From Camelus dromedarius (Eukaryota): 64,000 nucleotides of DNA. A program made the translations under genes and the position numbers. The stretch covers positions 57,848,001-57,912,000 of the forward strand of contig NC_087436.1 in assembly GCF_036321535.1 (NCBI RefSeq), read 5' to 3'. Positions 11,301 through 26,109 of the stretch are shown one piece after another. A model generated the notes under the pieces. It was not told the DNA's origin. It worked only from the letters and a program-made list of their open reading frames with translations, and ran no database searches. Position 1 is the first letter of the stretch; each line of letters opens with the position of its first letter.

Positions 11301-13129
11301 GGAAAATGTTATTTTAGATTTTGCAGAATCAGAATACAAACACAACATTGAAGAATACCAGTATAGTATATAATAATTGGCTGTTTGAAGGCAAGGTTGT
11401 GCTTTCTTCTAAGTACAAGGCAGTAGAACATTTCAATTCATTAAAAAAGGACCAATGGCAATCTATGTACTACCCTTTGCAAAAACAGTACATTAAGTTT
11501 TCCCAAAAATGCAAAGCTGTAGGTTTTAAATTTGCAGATTTAATGCTGGAGAACCCGAGTAAAGATTCTAAGCCTACTTAAAAAACAACTATACCTAGGA
11601 GCTAGAATATCACTGCTGTACCATTTTATTTCATCCACTTACATGAAAAAACAATTTTATGACGATACTAAGCATTACTATGCAATTAAGATTGGTTGTG
11701 AAATCAGTTTTAATCTATTTTCCCTGGCATTATTTTCCTGTTTGTGATAAAGTTCAAAGACATTAAATTAAGAGTATTAAATTTTAATGCTGGAGCTCAG
11801 ACTTCACAATAAAAAGAGTAGCATTGGCAAAACCAAACCAAACAAAGAAGACTTCAGGCACAAGCAAAAAAGCTATTATGTACAAGTCCTCTTCTAAAAG
11901 AATAAACTTATCCTTTAAATTAAATATTTAATTCAAATCTTTATTTTAATGTCTTCTAATAAATTTAGTTTTAGAAGACTGGATAGAGTATTATTATTTA
12001 AATTACTTTTCATCTTGGAAATTTTGTTTCGTGATTAACAGAAACAGGAACAACTATATTCTTGGAGAAAGTTTAAGTATATAGAAAATCTTGATGATTT
12101 CAAATTTTGGCTTTGAGGCTCACCTGAATTTGTCTTCAAGGATACACAGTGTCTTAAAACCTTGAACATAGCCTCTACTGAATGAAGCACCACCTTACAT
12201 CAAAGTAAAAGAGCATGTAAAAAATATCAAAGCAGGAAAGCTCTTTGTTTTGACTGGCATTGGTGAAAATTAAATAATTCTTTTCATACTCTCACCAAAT
12301 TTAAAAAAAAAAGTAAAACCTCTACTTATACAATGTCAAGAGGGCCAAGACTAGTCCAAAATTTGAGGCTTGGTCAACCTCACATTCAAATCCTACGCAG
12401 AAACAATCCTGCTTAGCTTATGAGAGCTGACAGTATCCTTGCTCAAGGTGGTAAGGCCACAGGCATTGTGTACACTTGGCGCCTGGCAACAGAATAAACA
12501 CTGACAACTTGACAGTCTGTCAATTGGAAAGCCATTCACTCTTTTTGAGACATAGAGATACTGAGAGTGGAACCTTTATTTTAAACACACATCTGCTAAA
12601 TCTATACTGTAATTTTTTGCATGGCAATGCTTTCCCTTGATAGTATCTTTGAAGACATTATACAAGTGTGTAATGCCCATGTGAAGGAACTGCCCCATTT
12701 GTAAATAGAACTAACAAGCTACTAACTCATTTATAGTACTAGTACTTTTAAAGTTACTTGAGAGCTAGATTTGAAGCTTTATACATTCAGTAGCTAATTA
12801 AAATTGCGGTTTGGAGGAAGAACGCTTGAGTTATAGAAACAAATAAATATTTAAAAATTAAGAATGCTTAAAAATTTGTAAAGCAAGAATACAAAATAAT
12901 TTTGATACCAATGTAAAAAGCACTGTAAAGTAAATATTTATGGTCCCTTTCAATAACACATATATAATGTCAGTGTGCTGGAGTGTTTCAATCCAATTTG
13001 GGAGTCAGAATATAGAAACATAAACAAATGATTACAGGAGTCCTTTGATATTACTGAAGAGAAATTAGACATAATTTGAAGTATATGATTCATTTCAACT
13101 GAATGGCATAGATAATACATTACAGACTT

Positions 13130-14200
13130 TGAATTCAGAGCAGGGCGAAGCAACTACATTGAGCTTGGAACTACACTGATCTTAGTAGGTAACTAAATGA
13201 AGTCTGCCTCTGCCCTTACAATTATGACTTTTTTAGTGTCTAGAACCCACCCACCCTTCCAATCATGAATTTACACATCTTTCTCCTCAAACACAACTGC
13301 CCGCCTCTGAAGCGCTCTCACTTAATGTACCTAATGTCAGTTTCTTCCGATTTGCTGTGGGCTCTATTCTCTTGAGCCACACTTCCTCCCTGTGGTTGAG
13401 ACTCCTCCTGCCTTCACTACCGTCCAGGTCCAAGTGAGATTTCATGCTTTACCACCTCAACCATTTTCCAGCCCAAATCCTTCCCCTCACTGCCTTATGG
13501 GACTGCTGTCAAAAACAGTAAAACAAAACAAAACAAAACAATCTGATGAAATCTAGACCCTCCATTAATGCAAATTCATTGCATCCACTGAATGCTATTG
13601 GATACAAATATACAACCACATAGGTTAGTGCTACAATGAATTTTTGGTCTCTACCCTCATATGAGCCAACAGCCCTGCCTGGCAATTCTTCCATGGTACC
13701 TAATTAGTTCTCTCCGGTTTGCCACAGTAGCTCTGTCAAAACTTAATCACTGTCTATAAACTTCTGACCTCATAATCTCTAATTAATGTTTTCTGCTACA
13801 GTTTTCCCCTTAGCATATAATCTCACCTCCCATTTCTCCAAGAGAAGATAACATACTTCTTATCCATCCCCTTAACTTCTTGACAGCACATTTGAAAACT
13901 TGCTTGCATTCACACGGTTCTCTCCTTACTTCCTCCCCCCATCACCCAGGAAAATGATGTACTTGGTCTAAGATTAAGCACTCCAGTTTTGTGTCTTTCT
14001 TCTGGACTTCTATCAATGATCACCTTTCTTTCCTTTATCTTCTTTTCCTTACTCTCTACTGGCTCAGTGTGTCAGCATTCAAGTATACTTAACTCTCTCA
14101 CACTCAAAAAATTCTCCCCCTCAGTTTCACAAAGCCATTTAATGACTGCTTTCATAGGCAAATGGGTAACATGGTACTTACCTTTACTTCTTTTACTTAT
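13130..14200 (+). mobile_element. Degenerate L2 fragment(s)
   Basis: C/T-rich L2 ORF2-like texture (e.g. AAACTTCTGACCTC, ATCCATCCCC..CTTCTCTCC). Recognised by pattern only. Confidence 0.45.
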
Positions 14201-14204
14201 CACC

Positions 14205-17105
14205 TTAGTAAATTAGTAAATATTTACAAGGAGGAAAGAGGAAAATAAAAAATATATACATTAACAATCCAAAAGAAGGCAAGAAAGAAGACAAAAAGGA
14301 ACCTAGAATAAGCAAGGCAAATGGAATGTACAAATGACAGAATGTACAAGATGGAAGACCTAAACCTAAGTGTATTACTAAATACATTTCATTTAAATAT
14401 GTGAAATGCTCTCATCTCATAGTCAAATTGGTATCAAATAATCATTTATATGCTTTTTATAAGAATTACGTGTAGAACAAAAGGATACAGGAAAAGTTGA
14501 AAGTAAAGGATAGTAAAAAGAAACACCATCCAAATAGTAATGGAAGGGAACTTGTTTTAGCTCTATTAATAGCAGACAAAGATATTCTTTAGGGGAGAAA
14601 GAATTATTAGAAGTAGAAGACTTACATAATAAATTAAGAGTTTTATTTATAAAGAAAACTATTCAGAAAAAAATAAGTTCAAGTCTCAAAATGTTTCAGG
14701 TATTTAAAAGGATATTATCAGCAAATTTATGACAATACATACAGAAAAGAAAAAAAAACTTTAAAAGAACATAAAAATACAACTTTTTGAGTTGACAAAA
14801 AGAATTAGAAAATACGACTTTTTATTTACCATGAAAAAATAGAATCAATAGTAAAAAAAAAAATTCCCACAAAGAAAATTCTAGTCTGAGTTGGCTTCAT
14901 AAGATCATCTATCAAACACTTGTAGAAGAAATTCCTCCAATTTTATGTAACTCATAGAGAACAGAAAAAGAGGAAACCCTCTCTACCACATTTTATGAGG
15001 CCAACATAACCTTAGATCAAAATGAAAATTCAACAAAGAGGAAAACTTCAGGTACCCTTAGTCATGAAGATCAATGTAAAAACCTTAAGCAAGGTTGTAG
15101 CAAAACAAATAATTTTTATGTAAACACAAGCATAATTGTAATTTTATATAAATATAAAAATTAGGTTTATCCCAGGAATGCATGAAGCTTCCTTAATCTG
15201 ATCAAAGTTAGTAACAAAGAAAAAGAAAGACATTATATATAGTGGTGTAGCACTGACTTCTTTTTCTCTGGGACTGATAATAATCCAAGGATGCCTATTA
15301 CTATTACTTTTACTCAACATTGTCCTGAAGGCCCTAGTAGGTGCACTAGGCAAGAAGAAATAAATGATGTAAAAATTAGAAAGGATGATACAAGTCATTA
15401 ATCACAGATCATATGAGTGTGCAGAGAATTCACCAAAATTTACAGAGAGATCATTAGAATTAAACAAAGGAGTAAGAAAATCAAGAAAAATGTCAACTTT
15501 GTTTCCATGTATCAGCAACCGACAGAAAATGGAGTTTTAAAAGACTACACTGCATGCATACAATATAATACCACTCAGCAAATGTAAGTAAAAAAATAAC
15601 AAATTAGTGACATAAAAATAAAAATGTATAAGAAACATGTTAAGAGAAAGAAGATACAAATGAATACACTGCATTATCCATTTATATGAGCATATCAACC
15701 AGATATAACTATCTGCATTGTTAAGAGTGAAAAGAGGATCGATGGGAATTTCTGGGTGATGGGAAAGTCCTATGCCTTGCTCTGGATACTAATCACACTG
15801 GTGAATGCCTTCACTGGAAGTTATGCCGACTTAAATATGTGCATTTTATTGTGTTCAAATTAAATCTCAATTGAAAATAAACAAGATACTAGAACAGTGA
15901 ACTTGTACTCTTTTCTTGTCCCCCAAACATTGACACAAATTCTAAGCAGACAAAATGTTTCAATTTAAAAGACTAAACTATTAAAACCTTCAGAATATAA
16001 TTGAGCATAGTATCTTTATGACTCTGGTGGTAAGGAATGATTTCTTGGATAAAACTAAACAGTAATAATCATAAGGGAGAAAATTCATAATTCTAAATTT
16101 AAAGGCATTATGAATGGAATGAAAATGAAATACACAGAGAGGAAACTATTTGCAATATAATTAAATAAAAAAGACTAATATTCAATATATATAACTCCTA
16201 GAATCAATTATAAGAACAAAAGATAATCTAATAGAAAATGGTCAAAGGACTTAAATGGACAATTAACTCAAAAAGAAACCTGAAGAGCAAAAAAATACAA
16301 AAAAAGATGCAAAATCCTTTTTAATCAGAGAAATGCAAATTGAAACCACAAGGATATACCATTATACATCCAATGACTTAATAAAAATTTAAAAATCCAA
16401 CAAAACCAAAACTTGGTGCGAGCATGGGGCAATGTGGATTTGTAGCACTGTTAGAAATATGTAAATTGGTAAATCTCTATGAAAACGGGTTTGAGATTAT
16501 CTAGTGAAGTTCAATGTATGTTTTCTCGTATTGTTGAAGTTCTACTCCTGGATACAAATCCTACAGAAATACATGCAAAGTATAAGAGTATATAGCCAAA
16601 ATATATGTGTAGGAACATTCATAACAGCACTGCCTATGATAGCCCCAAAATGGAAACAGACCACTGTAGACTGTGACACATTCATACAATAGAAAATGAT
16701 ACAGCAATGTAAATGAATAAACAACAGCTACATGGAGCAACAAGAATAACACAAACAGAATTAAGGATATAAGAAGCAAGAAAAAAGCATATGCAATATT
16801 GAGTCCATTCATAAACTGAAATATTGGCAAAACTCAATTATTTAAGGATGCACACATAGATGATAAAATTATATTTAAAATGTAAAGAAATGAGTATCAC
16901 AAAATTCAGATTAATGGTTGTGCTACTGAGAAGAGATGTCAGGGATGCCAACAAGAAATATAATGGGGGTTTTAGGACACTCGATAATATTCTGTTTCTG
17001 GACCAGAGTAGTAGTTGATTCCTTTATAATAATTCACTAAACTATCCTTGTGTTTTATGCAGTTTTCTGTATGTTTGCTATGCTTCACTATAAAAACATT
17101 AAAAT
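14205..17105 (+). mobile_element. Old fragmented L1 (L1M-type ORF2 and 3' UTR) with a nested second L1 3' end (~15560-15880)
   Basis: ORF2-like motifs TTTTATGAGGCCAACATAACCTT, GGTTTATCCCAGGAATGCA, CAAGGATGCC..TACTCAACATTGTCCTGAAGGCCCTAG, AATCAGAGAAATGCAAATTGAAACCACA, ATAGCCCCAAAATGGAAACA. Confidence 0.85.
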
Positions 17106-17877
17106 ACATTAAGATAATTTCAAATTCTCTAGCATAAATTTACCAAGAGATTTCTCTTGCTGATTAGAATAACAGTAAACTCCAATTTGTTTAAATCTTT
17201 CTGCATCCTACACCTCAGTACTGGAAAGAAACACCTACTGAAGTACCTCGTATCATCAGTGCAGCCAATTTCATACAGTTAGAAACTTACAGTTATGAAC
17301 TCTGTACGCACAATCAATTACCTTAAGTTTTTTTCCTACCAAAAATATATAAAAATGGCAAATCAAAACTATAGAAAAGTCATTTCTCCAGGGATTTTTA
17401 TGTTTCTCCTTGAAAAAGTTACTGTCCCAATATTTCATGAAACATCCTTTACTGTCACTCAGCTTCTTCTTACATGTGATCTGCAGTCTATAACAACAGT
17501 TCATTCCCTGCAAACAATTTTCTTTCTATTTATTATATGACACATACAGACGCTGAAATACTGTGATGTCACATTTTGTAGTAGACTTTCTCTCTTGTGA
17601 TATGAAATTTATCAAAGCCCTTATTCTGATTTTGTGCATATTACAAGTTAAAAACCAAGCAGCTATGCAGCATATAAATATTAAATTCATTACTTTATAA
17701 AAATTATTATTTTAATGAGTGAAAGATTATGCTAGCTCCCTAGGCAATAATCAGGATTTTTTCCTTTAAAATATTCTAAGGCATAAATAGAATTTATTGC
17801 TTAATGCTTCCATTAAGTACAGAAGGCCTAATTCTTCTCCTTCTTCTCTCTCAAACTACAATATAGACTTAAATTCA

Positions 17878-18075
<198 letters not shown>

Positions 18076-18264
18076 CTAAAGAAGAGAAAATATACTGACG
18101 TTAAGATTTTTGGAGATGTAAAACAATAGTAATAATAATAATAATAAAAATAGGAAGCCCTGGAAACAGTTTTCACCTATAAAATAAATGTTTTTTCAAG
18201 CACGCAATTATTAACAGGCTATTTTTAATAGGTGCACAGCAGGGATAGGAGTACAATTGAAAGT

Positions 18265-18400
18265 AACCTTGAGCATCACTTAGTCCAATCTCACCAACTT
18301 TACTGACAAAGAAATTTAGACCCAAAGGGTCAAATGAGTACTCAAAATGACAATATGTTTGAGCTGAGACTAAATTTCAGGCTAGGATTTTGCCATCATA
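18265..18400 (-). mobile_element. MIR-family SINE
   Basis: CATCACTTAGTCCAATCTC..TTTACTGACAAAGAAATTTAGACCCA resembles a reverse MIR3/MIRc core. Confidence 0.55.
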
Positions 18401-19264
18401 TATTGTGACATGCATGGATCTATTTGTCAAAAAAACAAGATACTTCTGGAGAGCATAGAATCTACTCTGGAAACAAGTTTTGACAATACTCTTTCTCTAG
18501 CACAATTCCATTGTAATTTGATCTAAAATTAAATCTGGAAATCTTTAAAGCTGTGGTTCTAACTAATTGGAGCTTTATTTTTCCTCCTTTAAATACCTTT
18601 TCCAAATTAAAAAAAAAAAATCTAAATTAGGCTTGAAGTCTATTTTTGCTCTTAAATAGTAGTTCTAGCTGTTGAGATTCATTGGGAATTTCCAAGCTTC
18701 ATCTTTCATTCAACATGACAGATGTTTATTTCCTCAACAGATGGCAATATAGGTCATATTTCTCTATTTCTTGTTTACCATTCTTTACTCAGTTTAGTTT
18801 ATCAGCCTTTACGTTAGGATTTTACAAATGAAAATCACATTCTGAGTCATTTCAAATTTAGAATTTTGGCCTGATACTCACATATATTTGGACAAATTAT
18901 CTCAGTTTGTAAACTGTTTCAATCAGCACCTCTACAATGTTGCTATTTAAATATATCTCACTTGCCATAACCTCTAACTCAACTTCTAGTCTTTTTTCGC
19001 AGGTATTATGCTGTCTGCTATACCTCTTACTTATTCTGTGTCTTGTACCCCATTACATGACACTGAGCTCATAACAGCAATTCAAACAAATCATTCTTTA
19101 TTCATTAATTTCAATATTTAATCTATTTCATTTTTGCAGCAGCAATAATCAACAAAACTGACCCTCCACTGTTATTTTCTAGTAAGCCAGCTTCTCTTTT
19201 ATTATCCAGTCTTACTAATAAGAATCTTTGAATTTGATATGTCTGCATTTTTCTCATATACGAT

Positions 19265-19500
19265 TTAGCAGTCAATAGCATGGATTTTGAAGTCAGATTT
19301 CCTGGATGTGATCAGTGGCATCAGAATCTACTAGCTGTGCTAAGTCATTTAATTTCTCTGTGCCCCAATTTCTACATCTGTTTAATCAGAAAAATAATAG
19401 CACTTATTACCCCAGAAGATTATTGTCTTATAATACAACAGAGTAAAGAATATAGAAGTGTTTGATAAATAATGAGAGCTTAATTACTATCATTATCATC
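19265..19500 (+). mobile_element. MIR SINE
   Basis: AGCATGGATTTTGAAGTCAGA..CTACTAGCTGTG..AAGTCATTTAATTTCTCTGTGCCCCAATTTC..CATCTG. Confidence 0.8.
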
Positions 19501-22489
19501 ATCATCTATATGATTATTTATTCTTTAATTTGGGGGGAGGTTTTTAGTTCTACTAGAAATAATAGGCATGCTCCTTTTTTTCAGCTAAAGTTTGTGGGGG
19601 TTGCAAAATTTCTTTACATGCTTGAATATTTATGTGGCTTTGGAAAATATTTTTGCAAATTTGACTCAATTATATTTCACTGATTAGTATTTGAGGAGAA
19701 AAGAGTTAAAGCAGCTGGTCGAGGATCCTTTATTCACCCTTTTACTGATGTGTGTGTTGGGGGGGTGCAGCCCAGGGGGAGAAAAAAAGAAGGGAGGTAA
19801 ATGAGTCTAATGCCCTTATCAACTGGAACTCCAGGTAAAGAGACTAGTAATTTTTACTAGGAAAAAGAGCCTCATCTATAAAAGCCCTTAGCAGGATGTC
19901 CCAGGCTAAAGAATTACCTTACAAACAAACTCCTGATCTAGGGATTAATGACTTACGGCTCCCTGGAAAATGTCCTGAAGCTTTATACTTACCAGGGCAA
20001 AAATAAAGATATTTCATAATGTAAATTATCCCTGTTGTGTGAGGTAAGCCTGCAAAACCTTTTTTAGAGACAGAATGTGAATGTATGCCCAATGTGGGAA
20101 GAAAGGGCTTGGGGACTCATACAGAATTTCTGATAATATCTCTTTCCTTTGTCTGTGCCTCTTGATTGCTTCTGTCCTTGATACAGGTAAACTATCCTTC
20201 CTTGTAAGTGAATTTGATCTTGTGTTTGCTCAATACTAACATCTCAAGGATTCCAGTTACCACTTAAGATTTTAAAGATTGGGGTAAGTACTGTGGCTCT
20301 TATTATCATAAATATCTCCAAGTGGCAAATACTGAGAAGTCGGAATGACAAGAATAGCTTATATTACTACATGTAGTTCAAATTACTGGTATGCAGAAAT
20401 CTTTTTATAAGACCTTTTCTTGTCCTCAGTCACACACCTACCTCAGTAATATCTCCAATTATAACACAATCTTACATTTCTGTCTTAGTACTTTATTTCT
20501 CAGAAGAGGAAAGATATTGCATAACAAGATGAGGGCTACATTGCAAAAATGCTATCCTCCTGAAAATGTTAAAGTTTTGATCATTAGATTGCTTGGCACT
20601 GTATTATTATCATTCCCCATCGATACCCACATAGCCGCTCTGGGCCGGTGTCTTTTCTCTAGCTCATGTGTGGTACTGAGCAACTTGGCCCACTTAGTCC
20701 CCACTGCACAAAGGACAAAACCCCATAAATCAGGGAACCTGAATTTGGTTCACTGTGGCCTCCACTCACCTTGTTCACTTTTTTGACTTCATAATTTATC
20801 TTCTTGATGTTATATCCTTAATGAGCTGTTAGTATACGTAATCAGTGAAACCTTCCCTCAGGTAGACATAAGTGAGCTAGAGAGGTCAGTGACTCTTTAA
20901 CTGAAGCTTCTTCTTACCTAACTCAGACTTAGCCTCTCCAGTTTTTGATTACCTAGGGATATTGCCACCTTTCTGAGCTATTTTTCCCATCTATCCTCAG
21001 ATCAACTTTGAAATCTGAGCCTTTGTAAAAATGTGAGCTGGCCAGGCGGTAATGAGCAGTCATTATCTTTGTGCATGCATAGTTGGGTTTTTTTTTAATC
21101 TCTTGATACAGCTGATTCTAAACAAAATAAGCTAATGGGACATTGATAATATGAATAACACATACAGAAAATGTCTAAATGTCCACTAAATTGACAGTAA
21201 TAATTACTCCCAGAGTAAACCTTTTTAAAAATACCAAGTAAAATTGGTTTGGATTTCATCCTACACACTCTATACAGAAATATGAGTGGGTATCAAACAT
21301 ATACAGCAGAAGAAGGGAAAAATAAAAAGAGTAGATCAAAGGTTAGTAATAATTTACCACTGGATAATTAGTTTCTGAAAAGGCGTAAGTTTGATGTTCC
21401 CCTATGGATAAGATAAGTTTGGAAAAAGAAGAAAAAATTTTACTAAGAATTTATTTCACTCCCCTTATGAGGCTAAGGATTTTTCCCTATGTTTGAACCA
21501 GCAAAGTAACTTAGAGATACTTCTGGAAGATCATATGGAACATCAAATATTTATGATACTTGTCTAATTTCCTTATACATATTCCTAGGTTCCTTGCAAT
21601 CTGCAGACATGCTTGGTAACTAAAGACACCCTGTTAAATAAACATGAGCCCAGCAAGGCAGTGAACACACTGGGAGACTCAGCAGAATGTTCTGATGCCC
21701 TCATGTTTCACAAGTTAATTTCCATGAGAAAAATCCCTAAGAGATGGAAAACACTACATTTTCTACCAAGAAAAGAAATATAATGGTAAACACTGGAATA
21801 CAATATGCCAAAAAATAAAATAAATAAAAACAACGTAATTAGTGTGAAATATTCAGGAAAATTTGAGTTGCCATATTATATTTATATGTATGTGTATGTA
21901 CAAATAGATTTTGATATATACATATATTTACAAATATACATACATACTCAAATATTCATTCACAATAGGAATTTGAAGCAAACTGAGAGGAATAGGAAGC
22001 TACTAGCATTTTCATCACGCTATCTCCATCTTAGAGAAAAAGAAGCTGAGGCCCAGATATCCAGTTATCCGAGGAACCTGAATTGAAACCTCTATCTTGT
22101 GCCTCATACTGTTTCCTCTAGACTCTGCATCCAACATAACATGTGCATATCATGGTGATTGCTCAAAAATGTATATTGAACTGAATTAAACTGAAGTTTA
22201 TACCAATTTATTTACTTTATGATTCAAATGCCCTGAAGTTGGAGTATACATTGATGAGTCCACAAGAAGACTATTCCAAGGACACTGACTGCATTTTTTA
22301 AAAGCTCTTGTGACAAAAAGTTTATTTACACACATTTCTAAAAAAGGACTATCTTATATTCCAAGTCAATACTATTTCTGGTAAGTCTATTATTTTTCTT
22401 AAATTCTCTCTCTCTCATGTCTTATAAATTCTAAATGGTACACAGTACTTAACCTGAAAAGCAAAGTAATAACTTTCATTTATCTAAGT

Positions 22490-22736
22490 ATAAGGGGAAA
22501 TCAGAAAATACTTTGAGACAAATGAAAATGGAAACATAGCTTTCCAAAAACTATAGAATGCACCAAAAGCAGTCTAAGAGGGTAGTTTATAACAATGTAG
22601 GCCTTCTTTAAGAAACAAGAAAAACCTCAAACAACCTAACATACCATGTAAAGGAATTAGGAAAAGAAGAACAAGCAAAGCCCAAAGTCAGCAGCAGGAA
22701 GGAAGTAATAAAGAAAGAGAAAACAAATAAAATCGG

Positions 22737-22776
<40 letters not shown>

Positions 22777-24600
22777 CAATGAAACCAAGAGCTGGTTATT
22801 AAAAAAGATAAACCAAACTGATGAAATTTTAGCCAAGTTCTTCAAGAAGAAAAGAGAGAGGACCCAAGTAAACAAAATAAGAAATGAAAGAAGAAAAATA
22901 ACAATCAATATCACAGGAATATAAAAAAAAAAAAGCAATACTATGAACAGTTATATGCCAACAAATTGGACAATCTAGAAGAAACAGACACATTTCTAGA
23001 AACATACAACCTGCCAAAACTGAGTCAGGAAAAAACAGACAATGTGAACAGACCAAATGCATTATTAGTGAAATTGAATTAGTAATTAAAAAAAAAAAGC
23101 TACCAGCAAACAAAAGTCCAGGACTCGATGGCTTCACAGGGGAATTCTGTCAAACATATGTAGAAGAGCTAATACCTACCCATCTAAACTATTTCAAAAA
23201 ATTGAAGAGAAAGGACACTCCCAAATTCATTCCACAAGGGCACCATTACCCTGATACCAAAATCAGACACAGATATTTAAGGAAAAAAAAAGGGAAAGAA
23301 GAAAATTATAGGTCAGTATCTTTGGTGACTATAGATGCAAAAATCCTCAACACATTATTGCTAAACTTAATCCAACAACATATAAAAAAGATCATACACC
23401 ATGATCAAGTGGGATTTATTCCAGGGACACTAGAATGGTTCAATATTTGTAAGTCAATGTGATACACCACATTAACAAAAAGAATGATAAAAATCACATG
23501 ATCATTTCAGTAGATCAGAAAAAGCATTTGACAAAACTTAACATCCATTCATGATAAAAACTCTCATCAAAGTTTAAATACAGATAATATATCTCAACAT
23601 AATAAAGGCCATTTATGACAAATTCACAGCTAACATCCTACTCAGCAGGGAAAAGCTGAAAGTCTTTTCTCTAAAATCAGGAACAAGATAAGGATGCCCA
23701 GTCTTGCCACTTATATTTAACAAGTATTAGAAGTCATAGACACAGCGGACAAGAAAAATAAATAAAAGGCATCCAAATTTGATCAACATTGCTAATCATC
23801 AGAGAAATGCAAATCCAAATCACAATGAGATATCACTTCACACCTGTCAGAATGGCTATCATTTAAAAGTCTATAACAAATGTTGGTGAGGATGTGGAGA
23901 AAGGGAATCCTTGTCCATTGTTAGTGGGAATGTACATTATTACAGCCACTGTGGAAAATATTACAGAGGTTCCTCAAAAATCTAAAAATAGGACTAATAA
24001 ATAATCCAGCAATTCCACTCCTGAGCATATATTCAAGAAAAAACCCCCCAGTAATTTGAAAAGATACATGGACCCCAATGTTCAAAGCAGAATTATTTAC
24101 AGATGTCAAGACATGGAAGCCACTCAAGTATCCATCAACATATCAATGGATAAAGAAAATGTGGTATACATGTATACAATGGAATATTATTCAGCCATAA
24201 CAAAGAATGAAATTTTGCCATTTGAAACAACATGAGCTTGGAGGGTATTATGCTTAGTGAACTAAGTCAGACATAGGAAGAGAAATATTGTATGTTACCA
24301 CTTATATGTGGAATCTAAAATATATTAAACAAATGCATATAATTAAACAGATATAGAAAACAAACTAGTGGATACCAGTGGAGAAAGGGAATTTGGGAAG
24401 GGCAAGATAATGGTATGAAATTAAGAGATAAAGACTACTATGTATAAAATACATAAGGAAAAATGACATATTATACAGCACAGGGAAATATAGCCATAAT
24501 TTTTAATAACTATAAATGGAGTATATAATCTATTAAAATATTGAATCACTATGCTGTATACCTGAAACTATTATAATATTGTAAATTAAAAAAAATAGAA
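22490..24600 (+). mobile_element. 5'-truncated L1 (ORF2 and 3' UTR) with an internal deletion
   Basis: ORF2 peptides visible (ENYRSVSLVTIDAKILN..IQQHIKKIIHHDQVGFIPG..WFNICKS, ORF 23202..23462). The 3' UTR ends TGAATCACTATGCTGTATACCTGAAACTA..ATTGTAAATT plus an A tail. Confidence 0.93.
22741..22772 (+). repeat. (GA)16 microsatellite inside L1
   Basis: Direct reading. Confidence 0.95.
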
Positions 24601-24639
24601 AAACAACTCCAACAATGAAAATTCAAACGTATTAGTTAT

Positions 24640-25400
24640 TTTTTCCCAAGCCAGGAACCTAGACACCATTTTCTTCTTCTTCTTCCTCACATATTCATGT
24701 TAAATCACCAAATCTTTTTTCAATCACCTAAACATGTCTCAAAGACATGTACTTCTGTTTCTATAACCCATATCATTGCCCAGGGTTCCTCTGAATTTAA
24801 GCCTCAGCTTTTTAATTGATAATTGTCTTATGTAATCTGTCCTGGTCCAATGGCAGTTGCAGAATGGATTCTCCAATTGGTAGCCACTGAGTAATCTGGT
24901 TTTGTCACCCTCCTGTTTAAAATAACCCAGTGGCTTAACCTTACCCCTAAAATAAGTTTATGAACTTTAACATGGTTTACAAACCCCTTCATAATCTTTT
25001 CCCTGTCTTCTACTTTTAGCTAATGAGGAACAATGTTCCTATGCTGTCTCTATTCTAGCTACCCAAGTCTTATTTCAGATGCTTAAGTGTGCCAAACTCT
25101 CTTGCCTCCAAGCCTGCTAACATTCTATTGCCCTTGCACCATTCTTCCCTTCCTATTCATGAAATGCTCTTCCTTTCTTTTTCTGGCTAATGCCTAGGCA
25201 TCTTAAATATTTCTACTTAACTGTCACTCCTAAGCCTAAGTAGGTCCTCCAGTCACATATTTTCAGAACAGCTGGTGTTTCCCCTTTTGTAGAAGAAATT
25301 ACATTTATAATTATTTTTGATATTTCTATTTTCCTTCCTTATTCTGTGATCTCACAGTGCAGCATATGGCAGAATTCAATAAATATTTGTTGAATGAATA
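24640..25400 (+). mobile_element. L2 3' fragment
   Basis: CAAGCCAGGAACCTAGACACCAT.. start, ending AATTCAATAAATATTTGTTGAATGAAT (the characteristic L2 tail). Confidence 0.8.
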
Positions 25401-26109
25401 TGTTACCATATAAGAATTAGAGTAATTTCAATATTTTTGCCAAAGAATACTTCTTTAGATATCAACATGTATCAATACATCTCTTTTAGACATAATATAT
25501 ATCAACACATCAATTTGAGAAAATGTATTGGTGCTAAACATTCTGAGATACTGCCACAAATGCTGATATATTCTATTTTCCCATATTAGGTATTGGAAAT
25601 AACTACCACAAAGTATTTAGCAGAAATTGATCAATTAAATCAATGTGGAAGTATGTGATTTAAGGATCTATCAAATCCTGTTTGGTTTACTCATACTGAA
25701 TACATAGAAAATGTCTGTGCTTTTATATGTAATCATGTATTTAGAGTGTAATATTTTCTTAGTTTTTTTTATTAAATAAAAGGTGTAAGCGTATTCTTTC
25801 TAAAACTTAGCTCTGATTTTGTCATACCTATGTCCCCAAATTCTTTAGGGTCTTTCATTTACCTACAAAATAAATTCCTTTCCTCAATCTTTTTCCAGTC
25901 TGAACTATTCTTTCCATGTATTCTGTGCACTCTGGTAAATTAATCAATCTTTGTCAGTGTCCATATGATTTATTCCAATAGATACGTCAGGTAGAGTGGT
26001 TCCACCACCTGAAACATCCTCTTCCCCATTGCTTTACATATCTCAAATCAGTTAATATTCAAGTTAAGATGTTATCAGTTTCATGCAAGTTTTTCTAATC
26101 TGTTTTCTC

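Noticed and set aside
20391..20786. 131-aa ORF
   Set aside because: No recognisable homology or splice context. Consistent with chance ORFs in intronic DNA, like most others in the track.
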